Below, in pieces: positions 42,690-53,009 of a stretch of 64,000 nt of DNA. Each line of letters starts with the position of its first letter. Position 1 is the stretch's first letter. The notes under the pieces are model-generated. The model was not told the DNA's origin, did not search any database, and was given only the letters and a program-made list of their open reading frames with translations. The stretch is from Trichormus sp. ATA11-4-KO1 (GTDB lineage Bacteria; Cyanobacteriota; Cyanobacteriia; Cyanobacteriales; Nostocaceae), in NCBI GenBank assembly GCA_019358915.1, contig JAHHIM010000005.1, forward strand, positions 112,111-176,110, written 5' to 3'. Made by a program: the position numbers and the translations under genes.

Positions 42690-43294
42690 AATCCAAAATA
42701 GTGAATTGCAATCCTATCAATATAGCTATTCAAGCAAATGAAATGGGATCAGTGTGTGTTTAATTGTAAGTTTTATGCAAATCAGTGATCTTACATGAGG
42801 CTAACTTAGAGGTAACTTATTGGTTACCCACGTGAGATAGACATAATTCATTATCAACATTTAAGTACCAATTATGTCTATATAGATTAGGACTGCTATT
42901 GGATTTTTGAAAAAATCAGTATACATCTATTCCCTGTTTATTACCTACGTACGTAATTTCATATATCAAATCGAATTGCTATATATCCAGGGTATTAAAT
43001 TTAAAAATTATAGATGGGTGATATTCGGAAATGTCTTCATAAAACATTTATGACAAATTGGCTGGAGTATGCGTGTTACACTTCATAGCAAAGTGTTGAG
43101 TGCGGCTCGACTGACTTGTACTGAGCCTTGTCGAAGTAGCTTCGCCGAACGTCTGAGTATAAACCCAAAGAAGAGATGGGGGAGTGTGGGAGTATTTTTT
43201 TCCTTGTCCCCTTTTCCCCCCATTCCCCTCTGCTTCCTGAAATTAGTAGCCAAAGTCCTCACCCATACCACCACCAGGTGTAGCCGCAGCCACA

Positions 43295-43630
43295 TTAGTT
43301 GGCGTTTTCTAGTTTCAGGCCAGCTTCTTCGGTGATTAATTGCCCACCTGTGAGGCTAGCTATATCTTCCAACATTGCTTTGCGGCGATCGCCAAAACCT
43401 GGCGCTTTAACTGCTGCTACATTCAGCACACCGCGTAGGCGGTTAACTACTAAAGTTGCCAAAGCTTCTTTTTCAATATCTTCAGCAATAATCAACTGTG
43501 GTTTGCCAAAACGAGCTACCTGTTCTAGGACTGAGACTAAATCTTGTACCAAAGTGATTTTCTTGTCGGTCAGCAGAATATAAGGCTCCTCTAGAATTAC
43601 CTCCATTCGCTCTGGATCGGTAACGAATAT
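43295..43630 (-). pseudogene. groEL: isolated groEL fragment (apical domain)
   Basis: FVTDPERME...TDKKI...[21 protein letters not shown]...[17 protein letters not shown]; both ends missing. Confidence 0.9.
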
Positions 43631-43959
43631 ACAGCCCAAAGTTTTAACCACTAGCCATCAACTTCTTGTACCACCACTAATGCTAGATTAAGACCAAGAC
43701 TATTTTCAAGTGTTAGTGAAGTTCAGTATGACAAAGCCAAGCATTTGCAGAGATTTTATCCTTAACTGAAATTCACAAACCAAGCTTTGACACAAAATCT
43801 ACCGCTACCACGTTCATCGTTTTGAATGTTGACAAAAAGTTCTAACTTTGTGCGATAAACTAAATGTAATATCACAGACTTTATATAATCGCTGAAGTCC
43901 TGAATTTGATGATTTGTGTTTTTGTAGAAACAAAAAAAATTGTTATTCATCTGCTGAAT

Positions 43960-44271
43960 TTAAAAGTCTCGTTCTTTGGGTTTACCGGCTGAGGTAGTAA
44001 AGTCAAAAATTGAATTTTTCAAAGATATATATTCTTGAGAACTAATATGGCAATTTTTATATGATTCATCTAAAAAATGAATGAGCACCAAACTCGCAGA
44101 CTCCAACTTTACCCTTTTCCTCGCTGCCCTTATAGCCTGAACGAACCTAGGATAAATATGATTATTACTAATTCCTATTTGCCCATCTGGCATCCAACAC
44201 TTAAATACATAACCTTCAGACAATGGTGTTAATTCAATTAACCAGCCATGATATGCATCTTGCCATTTCAT
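43960..44271 (-). CDS. hypothetical protein
   Basis: 103 aa ORF with GAGGAGG upstream. Confidence 0.6.
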   Translation of the reverse strand: MKWQDAYHGWLIELTPLSEGYVFKCWMPDGQIGISNNHIYPRFVQAIRAARKRVKLESASLVLIHFLDESYKNCHISSQEYISLKNSIFDFTTSAGKPKERDF

Positions 44272-44338
44272 CTACAATTTGCCTTTACTTTACCTCCTCA
44301 TGTGTATACAAGAGGATATAACGTATACATGCAATCAC

Positions 44339-44368
44339 TGTGCAGAATTTGTGCAGAATTTGTGCAGA
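44339..44368. promoter_or_regulatory. three 11-bp direct repeats TGTGCAGAATT, probable OmpR-type binding boxes
   Basis: Tandem repeats with helical periodicity between the response regulator and the 103 aa gene. Confidence 0.55.
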
Positions 44369-44420
44369 TGCAATAGGGGGACTCAGCAAAACCGTCATTT
44401 CATCCAAAGTTGGATGATTC

Positions 44421-45113
44421 TTATTTGAGGCGATAACCTAGTCCGTGAACCGTTTCAATGAAATTTTCTGGCGCACCTAAAGCTTTCAGTTTTTGCCTAA
44501 GACATCTAATATGAGACCTGACAGTCTCCTCAACTGGGGAGTCATCTACTGGCCAAACCTGCTCAATAATACTAGAACGACTCAAAACCCTTCTGCCATT
44601 AGCAACCAGTAATTCCAAAATGGCATATTCCTTGGGAGTTAATGACAGAGGATAACCATTATAAGTCGCCTCATAGGTACTGGGATTTAAGTGTAGTTTG
44701 TCCCAAGATAAACTGATTGTAGTTGCAGAACCACCCCGTCTGAGTAAAGCACGTATACGAGCCATTAACTCTTCTAGGTCAAATGGCTTGGCTACATAAT
44801 CATCTGCGCCTGCATCTAACCCAGCAATCTTATCAGCCACAGTATCACGGGCTGTTAACATTAACACTGGTGCGCCAGAGTTCCGATGTGCGGGATTAAT
44901 GGCGCCAGTATTACGCAAGCGTTGACAAAATCTAATCCCATCGAGTCTTGGTAGTGTCACATCTAACACCACTAAGTCATACTTCATTGATTCGGCTGAG
45001 TTCCAAGCTGCTTCTCCATCTTTAGCAACATCTACTACATACTGGCGTCTGCTTAAAGCTTCCGTCAGTACCTCTGCTAGTTGACTATCATCTTCTACTA
45101 CAAGAATTCGCAT
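44421..45113 (-). CDS. OmpR-family response regulator
   Basis: ILVVEDD, LDVTLP, LTA, KPF, wHTH ETVHGLGY. Confidence 0.93.
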   Translation of the reverse strand: MRILVVEDDSQLAEVLTEALSRRQYVVDVAKDGEAAWNSAESMKYDLVVLDVTLPRLDGIRFCQRLRNTGAINPAHRNSGAPVLMLTARDTVADKIAGLDAGADDYVAKPFDLEELMARIRALLRRGGSATTISLSWDKLHLNPSTYEATYNGYPLSLTPKEYAILELLVANGRRVLSRSSIIEQVWPVDDSPVEETVRSHIRCLRQKLKALGAPENFIETVHGLGYRLK

Positions 45114-45506
45114 AATATATTCTTTGTTTATACCAATTTTATGTGAGGTTGCGCTTTATTAGCTCACAGGTTGAAGCCTGGAGCGACCGAAACGTAGCCT
45201 TGATTGGCAGGCTAATTATATATAGCGATCCGATTTGATTCACAAACTATTCGTAGAAGCAGGGAACAGAGAATAGATTGGTTTACAACTCATTTATAAT
45301 AGCTATATCTTCATCAAAATTGGTATTAGCATTTGAATTTAAGCAGATAGACATAATTAAATGTAAAATAAATTTTTGTTCGTAATGGGCGATTTATCGC
45401 TTTTTTACAAGTTTTTGAAGGGCTAGAGCCGCTGACTACAAACTTTTATTTTAATCAATCTTACTATTTACTTGAATTAAATTCATTTTTTCTGAATCAA
45501 AAATTT

Positions 45507-46871
45507 ATGAAATGGTCTCTCCGAGGAAAATGGATTATTGCCGGGTTTGGTTTAACTCTGTTACTGATGGGATTAGTTACCTTCGCTTCATTTAAAAACA
45601 CAACTGAAATTCAACAGGGTGCTAATAGGATACAACATACTTATCAAACCCTCAATACTTTGACAGATTTTTCTGCGGCGATGACGGCTGCGGAATCGGC
45701 ACGGCGAGGATACATATTTTTGGGTAATAGACAAGATTTAAAGCGTCATCAAAATGAAGTTGCTAATATGCAGTCTGAACTCAGGCTGTTACAGGAGCAG
45801 ATACATTCTAGTTTGAGTCAGCAACAGCGATTCGCACGATTAGACTCATTGGTAAATCAAAGATTAGCTCTTTTGAGACAATCTATTGAACTTTATCAAA
45901 AGGATGAAACAGCATTACAAACACAAAATAATATTACTGAAAGCAGCGTTAAACTTAGAGAAGAAATTTTGCCCATAATGGCAGATATTAAAGCTGAAGA
46001 ACAAAGTTATTTGCAAAATTCTCTAGAGCAATCTGATAACAGTATTCGTTTGCGAATCTTGATAGAAATACTGGGAACAATTTTAAGTCTTATAGTGATT
46101 GCTAGTTTGTGTATCACACTGGATCGTCAATGGATAAAACGCGAGAAAATTGAATCGTTAGAAGTTTCTCTAGCCCAAGAAAAAGAATTTGGTGAACTCA
46201 AAATTCGCTTGTTTTCCATGATTTCTCACGAATTTCGTACACCTTTGAGCATTATTTTACTTTCTTCTCAGTTATTAAAAGAAATTTTGAAAGAACTGGT
46301 GGATGATCAGCAATTAAAAAATCTCTACCGAATTCAATCTTCAGCAAAATTAATGAATCATTTATTAACAGATATATTGACTTTAACTAGAGCAGAGGCA
46401 GGTAAGCTAGATTATAAACCTCAATTGATTAATGTAGAAAATTTTTGTCTAAATTTAGTAGAAGATTTACAACTTTTTGGCACGGCTCCCCATTTAATAA
46501 AATTCATGAATCATGGTCAATGTTTTCGTGCTCATCTAGATGAAAAATTGCTGTATTCTATTCTCAGCAATTTACTATTAAATGCTATTAAGTATTCATT
46601 TGCTGGAGGTAAGATATACTTAATTTTAAATTCGGAAGCAGAAGCTATAGTTTTTCAGGTAATAGATGAAGGAATCGGTATTCCACCAGCAGAACAAGAA
46701 AAAATTTATGAGCCTTTGTATCGGTGTCAAAATGTTGAAAACATTGTGGGGACTGGGTTGGGCTTGGCAGTGGTGAAGAAATGTGTAGAACGTCATCATG
46801 GAGAGATTTCTGTGGAAAGTGCAGTAGGAGTTGGGACAACATTTACTGTCAAGATTCCTTCAATTAACTGA
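45507..46871 (+). CDS. CHASE3-domain sensor histidine kinase
   Basis: TM, AESARRGY (CHASE3), TM, SHEFRTPL, NAIKY, DEGIG, GTGLGL. Confidence 0.92.
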   Translation: MKWSLRGKWIIAGFGLTLLLMGLVTFASFKNTTEIQQGANRIQHTYQTLNTLTDFSAAMTAAESARRGYIFLGNRQDLKRHQNEVANMQSELRLLQEQIHSSLSQQQRFARLDSLVNQRLALLRQSIELYQKDETALQTQNNITESSVKLREEILPIMADIKAEEQSYLQNSLEQSDNSIRLRILIEILGTILSLIVIASLCITLDRQWIKREKIESLEVSLAQEKEFGELKIRLFSMISHEFRTPLSIILLSSQLLKEILKELVDDQQLKNLYRIQSSAKLMNHLLTDILTLTRAEAGKLDYKPQLINVENFCLNLVEDLQLFGTAPHLIKFMNHGQCFRAHLDEKLLYSILSNLLLNAIKYSFAGGKIYLILNSEAEAIVFQVIDEGIGIPPAEQEKIYEPLYRCQNVENIVGTGLGLAVVKKCVERHHGEISVESAVGVGTTFTVKIPSIN

Positions 46872-47128
46872 TGCCAAATAATAAAAGTGTTTACCTCTTT
46901 ATCCCGTTTTTGCAGAGGAAAAATCGATTAGTTCTAATGCACCAATTTAGCTTTGTCAGTGCAATACTATTCGTTACACCGAACTTTCGTCTACCAAGTT
47001 TCAAGGTCTTTAGGATGATTGATGTTTAGTTTAACACTCTCGCTTAATTGTTCCCCATCTCTTCCAAAAAATCCCTCTCCTAAATTTAGGGGAAAAACGG
47101 TGGCTGTGATGTCTGTAAATCGATAATT

Positions 47129-47974
47129 CTAATCGTTTTTACGATAGGAAAGAATATAATAACGGACTAACCCCATACGACTAACCCATTCAATGATATT
47201 TGTGGATTTAGATGAATTTTGATTTCCTGACTCGCGTAAAATTCGTTTGAATAGAGAATAAGTTGGTAGAGTATTAGAAGTAATATCTTCTTCTAAGATT
47301 GAGGTAAAACCTGTAGATTGGGCAAGTTTTCGGTAAGTTGGTAAAATGAAACTATTGTCAATATGCCCATAAGTATTACCAACCACTTTTTTAATTAAAT
47401 TGCCTGAAACTTTTATAAAAGGAAGCATAACTCTTAAAGGAATAAAATCACTGAATATAAGCCTTCCCCCTGGTTTAAGTACTCGCCATACTTCTTGGAA
47501 AAACTTTTGACGACTGGGAAAATGGAAAATGCATTCAACTGCTAGAACTATGTCAAAAGAGTTATCAGCAAAAGGTAGTTTACAAGCATCTCCTTGTACA
47601 AATTTGATGGAATTATGACTACGGTGTTGAACTTGTGCTCTAGCTCTAGTAAGTTGGCGTGGGTCAATATTTAAACCAATTAACTGCATTTTATCAAAGT
47701 GATGGTTTAAACTTGCAATTGTGCCACCAAAACCACAACCACAGTCAAGAATCTTTTGTCCATTTGTTACTTTGCCTGCGTCATACATGCGTCGGGATAA
47801 ATTTTCTGCTGCTAATGCAAAGTCATGTATTGATCCATCTGCTTTTGATGGATCATCCCAATAACCCCAATGTACATGAAGACCAAAACCTTGAATCATT
47901 TCGGTGTTTCCTTGGCGGAAACCTTCTAATAACTGATCAAAATAAGGCAGTTCAAGCTTTGGATTATCAATCAT
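47129..47974 (-). CDS. class I SAM-dependent methyltransferase
   Basis: HVHWGYW, LDCGCGFGG, GDACKLPF, LKPGG. Confidence 0.9.
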   Translation of the reverse strand: MIDNPKLELPYFDQLLEGFRQGNTEMIQGFGLHVHWGYWDDPSKADGSIHDFALAAENLSRRMYDAGKVTNGQKILDCGCGFGGTIASLNHHFDKMQLIGLNIDPRQLTRARAQVQHRSHNSIKFVQGDACKLPFADNSFDIVLAVECIFHFPSRQKFFQEVWRVLKPGGRLIFSDFIPLRVMLPFIKVSGNLIKKVVGNTYGHIDNSFILPTYRKLAQSTGFTSILEEDITSNTLPTYSLFKRILRESGNQNSSKSTNIIEWVSRMGLVRYYILSYRKND

Positions 47975-48454
47975 ATTATTTGATCAAGATTAACATTAAC
48001 AGTTCTGTACCCCTATAATCGGGTAGTAACTAAACAGTATCAAATAACTATCTTTAAAGATAGCTATGTGCATCATATGTGCAACGGTATTTTACTCGTT
48101 TCGCTTCATTCGTGATAGTTTAATGATGAAGTGCATTTTGTCAATTAGTTAAAATACTCAGTTTAAATAGGAATGATCATTGTGTGCGGGGGTATGGGGA
48201 AAAGTCAGAAAAAGTGGCATTAGCAAAAGCTGCAAAAATTTATAATTGAATAGTTGATATCATGTCCCATTGAACACAGACCAAAAACATTGATGGGGCT
48301 TACTACTGCTTTCAGGGTAGCAGAGAGACGGAGGAGAAGGGGTTTTGGGTTTTATGCATAGATTTGGGAATTAGAACTAATTAGCCGGACTTGATATAAC
48401 TTAAGCCTTCTGATAGTGTATTTTGCACAGCCAGTGCGTTTAGGCTGAGGGTAT

Positions 48455-48694
48455 ATGTACCCTAGCACTGTGGAGGGAATAATTATGCCTAGCGGTCATG
48501 CCAGTCATAAAGGTACTGCGGATAAACCTAATACTAATGCTGATGGTCGGATGGATGATGCTGCTGACAAATCCATCAATCCTGAAGATGTGCTGCCAGA
48601 AGGTGTTACTACAAATACAACTAGAACACAAGAATTTGTGGATTATCCGGCTGCCACTGAACGTCCAGGTGAGGAAGCAAAAACTGAAAAATAG
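48455..48694 (+). CDS. small acidic hypothetical protein
   Basis: 79 aa hydrophilic ORF; GGAGG before the internal Met at about 48486. Confidence 0.55.
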   Translation: MYPSTVEGIIMPSGHASHKGTADKPNTNADGRMDDAADKSINPEDVLPEGVTTNTTRTQEFVDYPAATERPGEEAKTEK

Positions 48695-48705
48695 GCGGTT
48701 ACCAT

Positions 48706-51114
48706 TCAGTTATGTTTTTGTCCCATCATATCTGCAATTAAAATCAATAATTCAGTTGATTCGACTGGTTTAGCAACGTGTTTCTGAAAACCAGCAGCTA
48801 ATACTTGCTGTCGATCGCTTTCTCTAGCATAGGCTGTAAGGGCGATCGCGGGTATCTTCCCACCTCGTTCTGGTGGCATGGCTCTAATCTGGCGAATTAG
48901 ACTATAGCCATCTACTTCTGGCATTCCTAAATCACTGATTAATAAATCAGGCGGTGACTGTGCAATCACAGCCATCGCCTCGGTGGCCGATGCGGCCATT
49001 GTGGCGATCGCGCCATACTGTTGGAGTAAGAAACTAATAAACTCAAGGGTGTCAGCCTCATCATCGACAATCAAGATTCTCAGTCCAGACAAAAGTGAGG
49101 CATTCAATTTCTGCTCGTCTTCCGGAGATTTCTGCTTTTTTACTTTGACCTTCTCTGGCATCAGGGGAAGTCTGACAGTAAATGTTGCTCCTTGTCCTTC
49201 TCCTAAACTATCTGCTACGACAGTACCACCATGTAAATCTACTAAGTGACGGACTATTGCCAATCCTAATCCTAATCCACCAAATTTTCTGGTGATGCTG
49301 CTATCTGCTTGCAGGAAATATTCAAATACGCGGGGTAAAAATTCCGGGGAGATGCCTTGACCTGTGTCCCGCACTGTAATTTGGGCATAGTTGGGACTGT
49401 GGTGATTATCAGCTTTGATTGCTGACAGTATAATGTCTATCTGTTGACCAGAGGGAGTAAACTTGATGGAGTTGGAAAGCAAATTGCCCACAACTTGCTG
49501 TATACGATGAAAATCACCCCAAACTTGACCAACATTTCTATCAATTTGCTGATGAATTTGGATGGATTTTTCTTCAGCTGCTAATCGTACCATTTCTAAG
49601 GCAGCATCAATCACATATCCCAGATTCACAACAGTAAAATTCAGGCTTAACTTACCGCGAATAATCCGGGACACATCTAGCAGATCATCAATGAGTTTAA
49701 TTTGCAACTTGGCATTGCGTTCAATGATATCCAAAGCCCGATTTGTAGTTGCTTGATCAAACTTACGGCTTTTGAGCAGTGTTGACCAACCCAGAATCGG
49801 ATTCAGAGGCGATCGCAATTCATGGGAGAGTATGGCGAGAAACTCATCTTTAATTTGATTTGCTTGTTTGAGTTCTGCTTCTGCTTGTTTGCGTTCGCTG
49901 ATATCTGTGCTAGCACCAACAATCCTAATTATCTGATTATCAGTATCCCGCACCGCAAAACCGCGATCATTTACCCACAGATAACAGCCATTTTGGTGAC
50001 GCACCCGGTACTCGATGATATAATGATTCCCTTTTGCCATACTAGCTGTGAACTGCTCATCAACCATTTGTTGGTCGTCAGGATGAATGCGTTCTCGCCA
50101 CCATTGCCAGGTCGGTTCGGCTTCTTGTTGAGTGTAACCAAAAATCTGATTTAGTCCCTGAGTTCTGTGTATAGTATTGTTGTGGAAATCCCAATCGTAA
50201 ATCAGACAGTTAGCAGCCTCAGCTGCTAGCGCAAATCTTTCGTTACTCTGCCACAAAGAAACTTCTGTGCGTCGGCGTTCTGTAATATCAAAAGCAATGC
50301 CTAAAATCTGTTGCGGTAATCCATCAGCCGTTCTGCGAAATAAAGTTTCATAGCTACAGAACCAGCGCCATTCACCATTAAGGTGTTGAATTTGATACTC
50401 AAAAGTGAAGATTTCGCCACTACCAGCCGAGTTAAATTGTGCAAAATGAGCAGGAAGTCGAGCCAAATCCTCAGGGTGCATCAGTTTGTTAAATAATTCC
50501 GTTCCCATTGCCTGGATTTCTGCTGGCTTGTAACCCCAAAGCTCACAAATTTCGTGGTTAACGTAAAAATTTCGCTGCTCAACTAGGTCATAGATGTATA
50601 GTAAACCGGGAATAATCTCGGCAATGTGTTGAATCAGATGTTTATCCCACAGTGTTTCCCAGCCAGCCACATCATCATGTTCTGCATCTTGAGAAATTTT
50701 GCCGTTTTCCTCAACTTGTTGAAGTTTGTCTGCTGTAATTTCCGTAAAAGTGGTAACAACTGCATAAGGTGCGGTTTCTGGTGACTGAAACAACGGTTGT
50801 GAATTGAGCAACAGCCAGATTAAGTTACCATTTGGCTGATGAAAACCGTTAATTACTTGCAAACAAGGCCGTCCAGATTTTAGAGCCATCTTAGCTGGGT
50901 GGGTTTCATCAGCTTGCCAAGGTAGATCAAATAAACTACGTCCTATTAACTGCTTAGTTGTCAATCCTAGAATGCTTTGAGCTGCGGCATTACAAGCTTG
51001 GATACTACCATCAGCTAGTTGCAGTACCATTCCTTCTGCTTGACTTGCTACTGATGAGTAGTTTACTGGTTCACTAACTTGCCTGTGGTTTTGGAAGGTT
51101 TCCGCTTCTGGCAT
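48706..51114 (-). CDS. PAS-domain hybrid histidine kinase/receiver
   Basis: Three PAS/PAC units, SHELRSPL, DTGQG, GGLGLGL, C-terminal receiver. Confidence 0.93.
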   Translation of the reverse strand: MPEAETFQNHRQVSEPVNYSSVASQAEGMVLQLADGSIQACNAAAQSILGLTTKQLIGRSLFDLPWQADETHPAKMALKSGRPCLQVINGFHQPNGNLIWLLLNSQPLFQSPETAPYAVVTTFTEITADKLQQVEENGKISQDAEHDDVAGWETLWDKHLIQHIAEIIPGLLYIYDLVEQRNFYVNHEICELWGYKPAEIQAMGTELFNKLMHPEDLARLPAHFAQFNSAGSGEIFTFEYQIQHLNGEWRWFCSYETLFRRTADGLPQQILGIAFDITERRRTEVSLWQSNERFALAAEAANCLIYDWDFHNNTIHRTQGLNQIFGYTQQEAEPTWQWWRERIHPDDQQMVDEQFTASMAKGNHYIIEYRVRHQNGCYLWVNDRGFAVRDTDNQIIRIVGASTDISERKQAEAELKQANQIKDEFLAILSHELRSPLNPILGWSTLLKSRKFDQATTNRALDIIERNAKLQIKLIDDLLDVSRIIRGKLSLNFTVVNLGYVIDAALEMVRLAAEEKSIQIHQQIDRNVGQVWGDFHRIQQVVGNLLSNSIKFTPSGQQIDIILSAIKADNHHSPNYAQITVRDTGQGISPEFLPRVFEYFLQADSSITRKFGGLGLGLAIVRHLVDLHGGTVVADSLGEGQGATFTVRLPLMPEKVKVKKQKSPEDEQKLNASLLSGLRILIVDDEADTLEFISFLLQQYGAIATMAASATEAMAVIAQSPPDLLISDLGMPEVDGYSLIRQIRAMPPERGGKIPAIALTAYARESDRQQVLAAGFQKHVAKPVESTELLILIADMMGQKHN

Positions 51115-51336
51115 TCTGTGAAGTTGGAGAATTCTAACAAAAATGTAACATCAATCTTCTAGCTTGACATTAATTTCAAGCAAATCTTTATACCTAAAAA
51201 AGAGAAATCGATTCTTTCTCACTCAGGAAGCACTCAGCACTCATTTAGTCAGGGGATGGTCTACCCTAGTGAGGGGAGTTAACGCCAGAGTGCGATGCCA
51301 TGAATGCCAGGCTAACAAGTCAAAGGAGAAGAAACG

Positions 51337-51762
51337 GTGAGTAATCTGGGTAAGAAAAGATTAGAAGTTGCTTTAGCGATCGCGACTTATGCGATTGGTA
51401 GTGGTACTGCTTCAGCTGCGCCTACTCCTGGCGGGGAAATTCCTAAACAGATTGTGTTAACTGCGTCTGATGTGGCTATGTATACCACAATCTGGAAAAT
51501 CTATTTTCATGAGGATTTATCCAGTCAGGGAATTTTAGAAATGCTATCGCAGTTGGGTTTAGTCACTCTAGCTGCTACAGGTACAGCTTATATCGTTAGT
51601 AAAGCTACTACAGCAATTGTGAGTGAAATTACAGATTGGCTAGGGCCAGTCGGATGGGGTTTTACAGCTGCGATCGCCACTTCCATCACTGGTATATTTG
51701 CTGCTAGTTGGGCTATATACTGCGATCGCCTGGCTGCGGAAAAAGAACCACAACCTGCATAG
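51337..51762 (+). CDS. hypothetical membrane-associated protein (DUF697-like)
   Basis: AGGAG RBS; hydrophobic Ala/Gly-rich helices. Confidence 0.6.
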   Translation: MSNLGKKRLEVALAIATYAIGSGTASAAPTPGGEIPKQIVLTASDVAMYTTIWKIYFHEDLSSQGILEMLSQLGLVTLAATGTAYIVSKATTAIVSEITDWLGPVGWGFTAAIATSITGIFAASWAIYCDRLAAEKEPQPA

Positions 51763-51787
51763 AAACAAGCTGAATCAGGAACGAAGC

Positions 51788-52528
51788 TTATATTTTATCT
51801 TCTAAAGAATCCTCTGCGGTAGTAGATGAAGATTTTCGTTCCTGAAATTTAGTCTTGACTTCCGATATAGTTTCTTCTGCTTTCTCCGTGGTTGCTTGAG
51901 CAAAATCTTTCACCTGATCAATAGCCTTTTGGGAGGGTTGTTTGACAGTAGACTCAAAATCCTGTTTTGTTTGTTCATAGTCATTTTGCATAAATTCAGC
52001 AGCTTGATTGATTTTGCCGCTCAGTCCTTCGGTATATTTCTGAGGATTTTGCACCGCTTTTTCCAAAACAAGAATGCGCTTATCGCCTACGCTAGAAATC
52101 ATAATTGGCTCAAGTAAATATGTTCCTTCCATCAGTCCTTGCCAACCACTAGAAGAGAACAGATATTTAACCACACTTCCTGTTTCCACATCAAAGATAA
52201 AATCTTGGATTTGTCCGACTTTATTACCATTATCCGTCCAAACTTCACTCCCTAATATTGGGTTAACTGATTCGGTGATTTCTGCGGTGTGATCATCCTG
52301 ATGACTTACTAAAACGCTATCGTCACCAATTGCGGCAATTTGTTTCCAGGTAAAGGTTTTTTGCTTACCAACCAGCCATCCTGACTTACAGGTTAAGCCC
52401 ACTACGGTTTGTGCTTGACTATCTAGTATAAGTCGGGAAACACGACCAACTTCTTCGACTGTTTCACGATCAAGCACTAAACGTTTTAGCAACTCACTTT
52501 GCTTTAAAACTTGAGATGGTGTAGACAT
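51788..52528 (-). CDS. PRC-barrel domain protein
   Basis: Two PRC repeats (G.V..LILD; EVWTDNGNKVGQIQDFIFD) and a LEA-like tail. Confidence 0.85.
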   Translation of the reverse strand: MSTPSQVLKQSELLKRLVLDRETVEEVGRVSRLILDSQAQTVVGLTCKSGWLVGKQKTFTWKQIAAIGDDSVLVSHQDDHTAEITESVNPILGSEVWTDNGNKVGQIQDFIFDVETGSVVKYLFSSSGWQGLMEGTYLLEPIMISSVGDKRILVLEKAVQNPQKYTEGLSGKINQAAEFMQNDYEQTKQDFESTVKQPSQKAIDQVKDFAQATTEKAEETISEVKTKFQERKSSSTTAEDSLEDKI

Positions 52529-52650
52529 AATTAAAATACTTACAAAAGATTAAAGATTAACATCAATATTATACTATACTCAAAATTACAAAAATGTTAA
52601 TATCAAAGAATCTCAAGACTAGTCACTAGAGCGAGAGGTCATAATCAACA

Positions 52651-52983
52651 ATGCAGATATTCTCCATTATTGCCGTCTTGGTAGCCTTATTAGCTGTAGT
52701 GTTTGCGTTCCAAAATGCTGTTACTATAAGTATTACATTTTTCGATTGGAATCTTCAGGCTTCACTAGCGATCGTGCTCATCTTGACTCTAGGCATAGGA
52801 ATTATCATTGGATTACTAGTGTCAATTCCTAATTTAATTAAACGAAATTTGAGAATTGCTAAATATAAAGAAAAAGTTACAGAACTAGAGAATGAATCAA
52901 ATAAATATCTAGAGACAATCACCCATCAGAGACAAAGAATTGAAAACCTAGAAAGATATTTAGAATCAAAAGATAATAATTAG
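52651..52983 (+). CDS. LapA (DUF1049) family protein
   Basis: VFAFQN..ISITFF.W, TM, coiled coil. Confidence 0.85.
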   Translation: MQIFSIIAVLVALLAVVFAFQNAVTISITFFDWNLQASLAIVLILTLGIGIIIGLLVSIPNLIKRNLRIAKYKEKVTELENESNKYLETITHQRQRIENLERYLESKDNN

Positions 52984-53009
52984 GTTTTTGATTACTTATA
53001 TATTTATCC

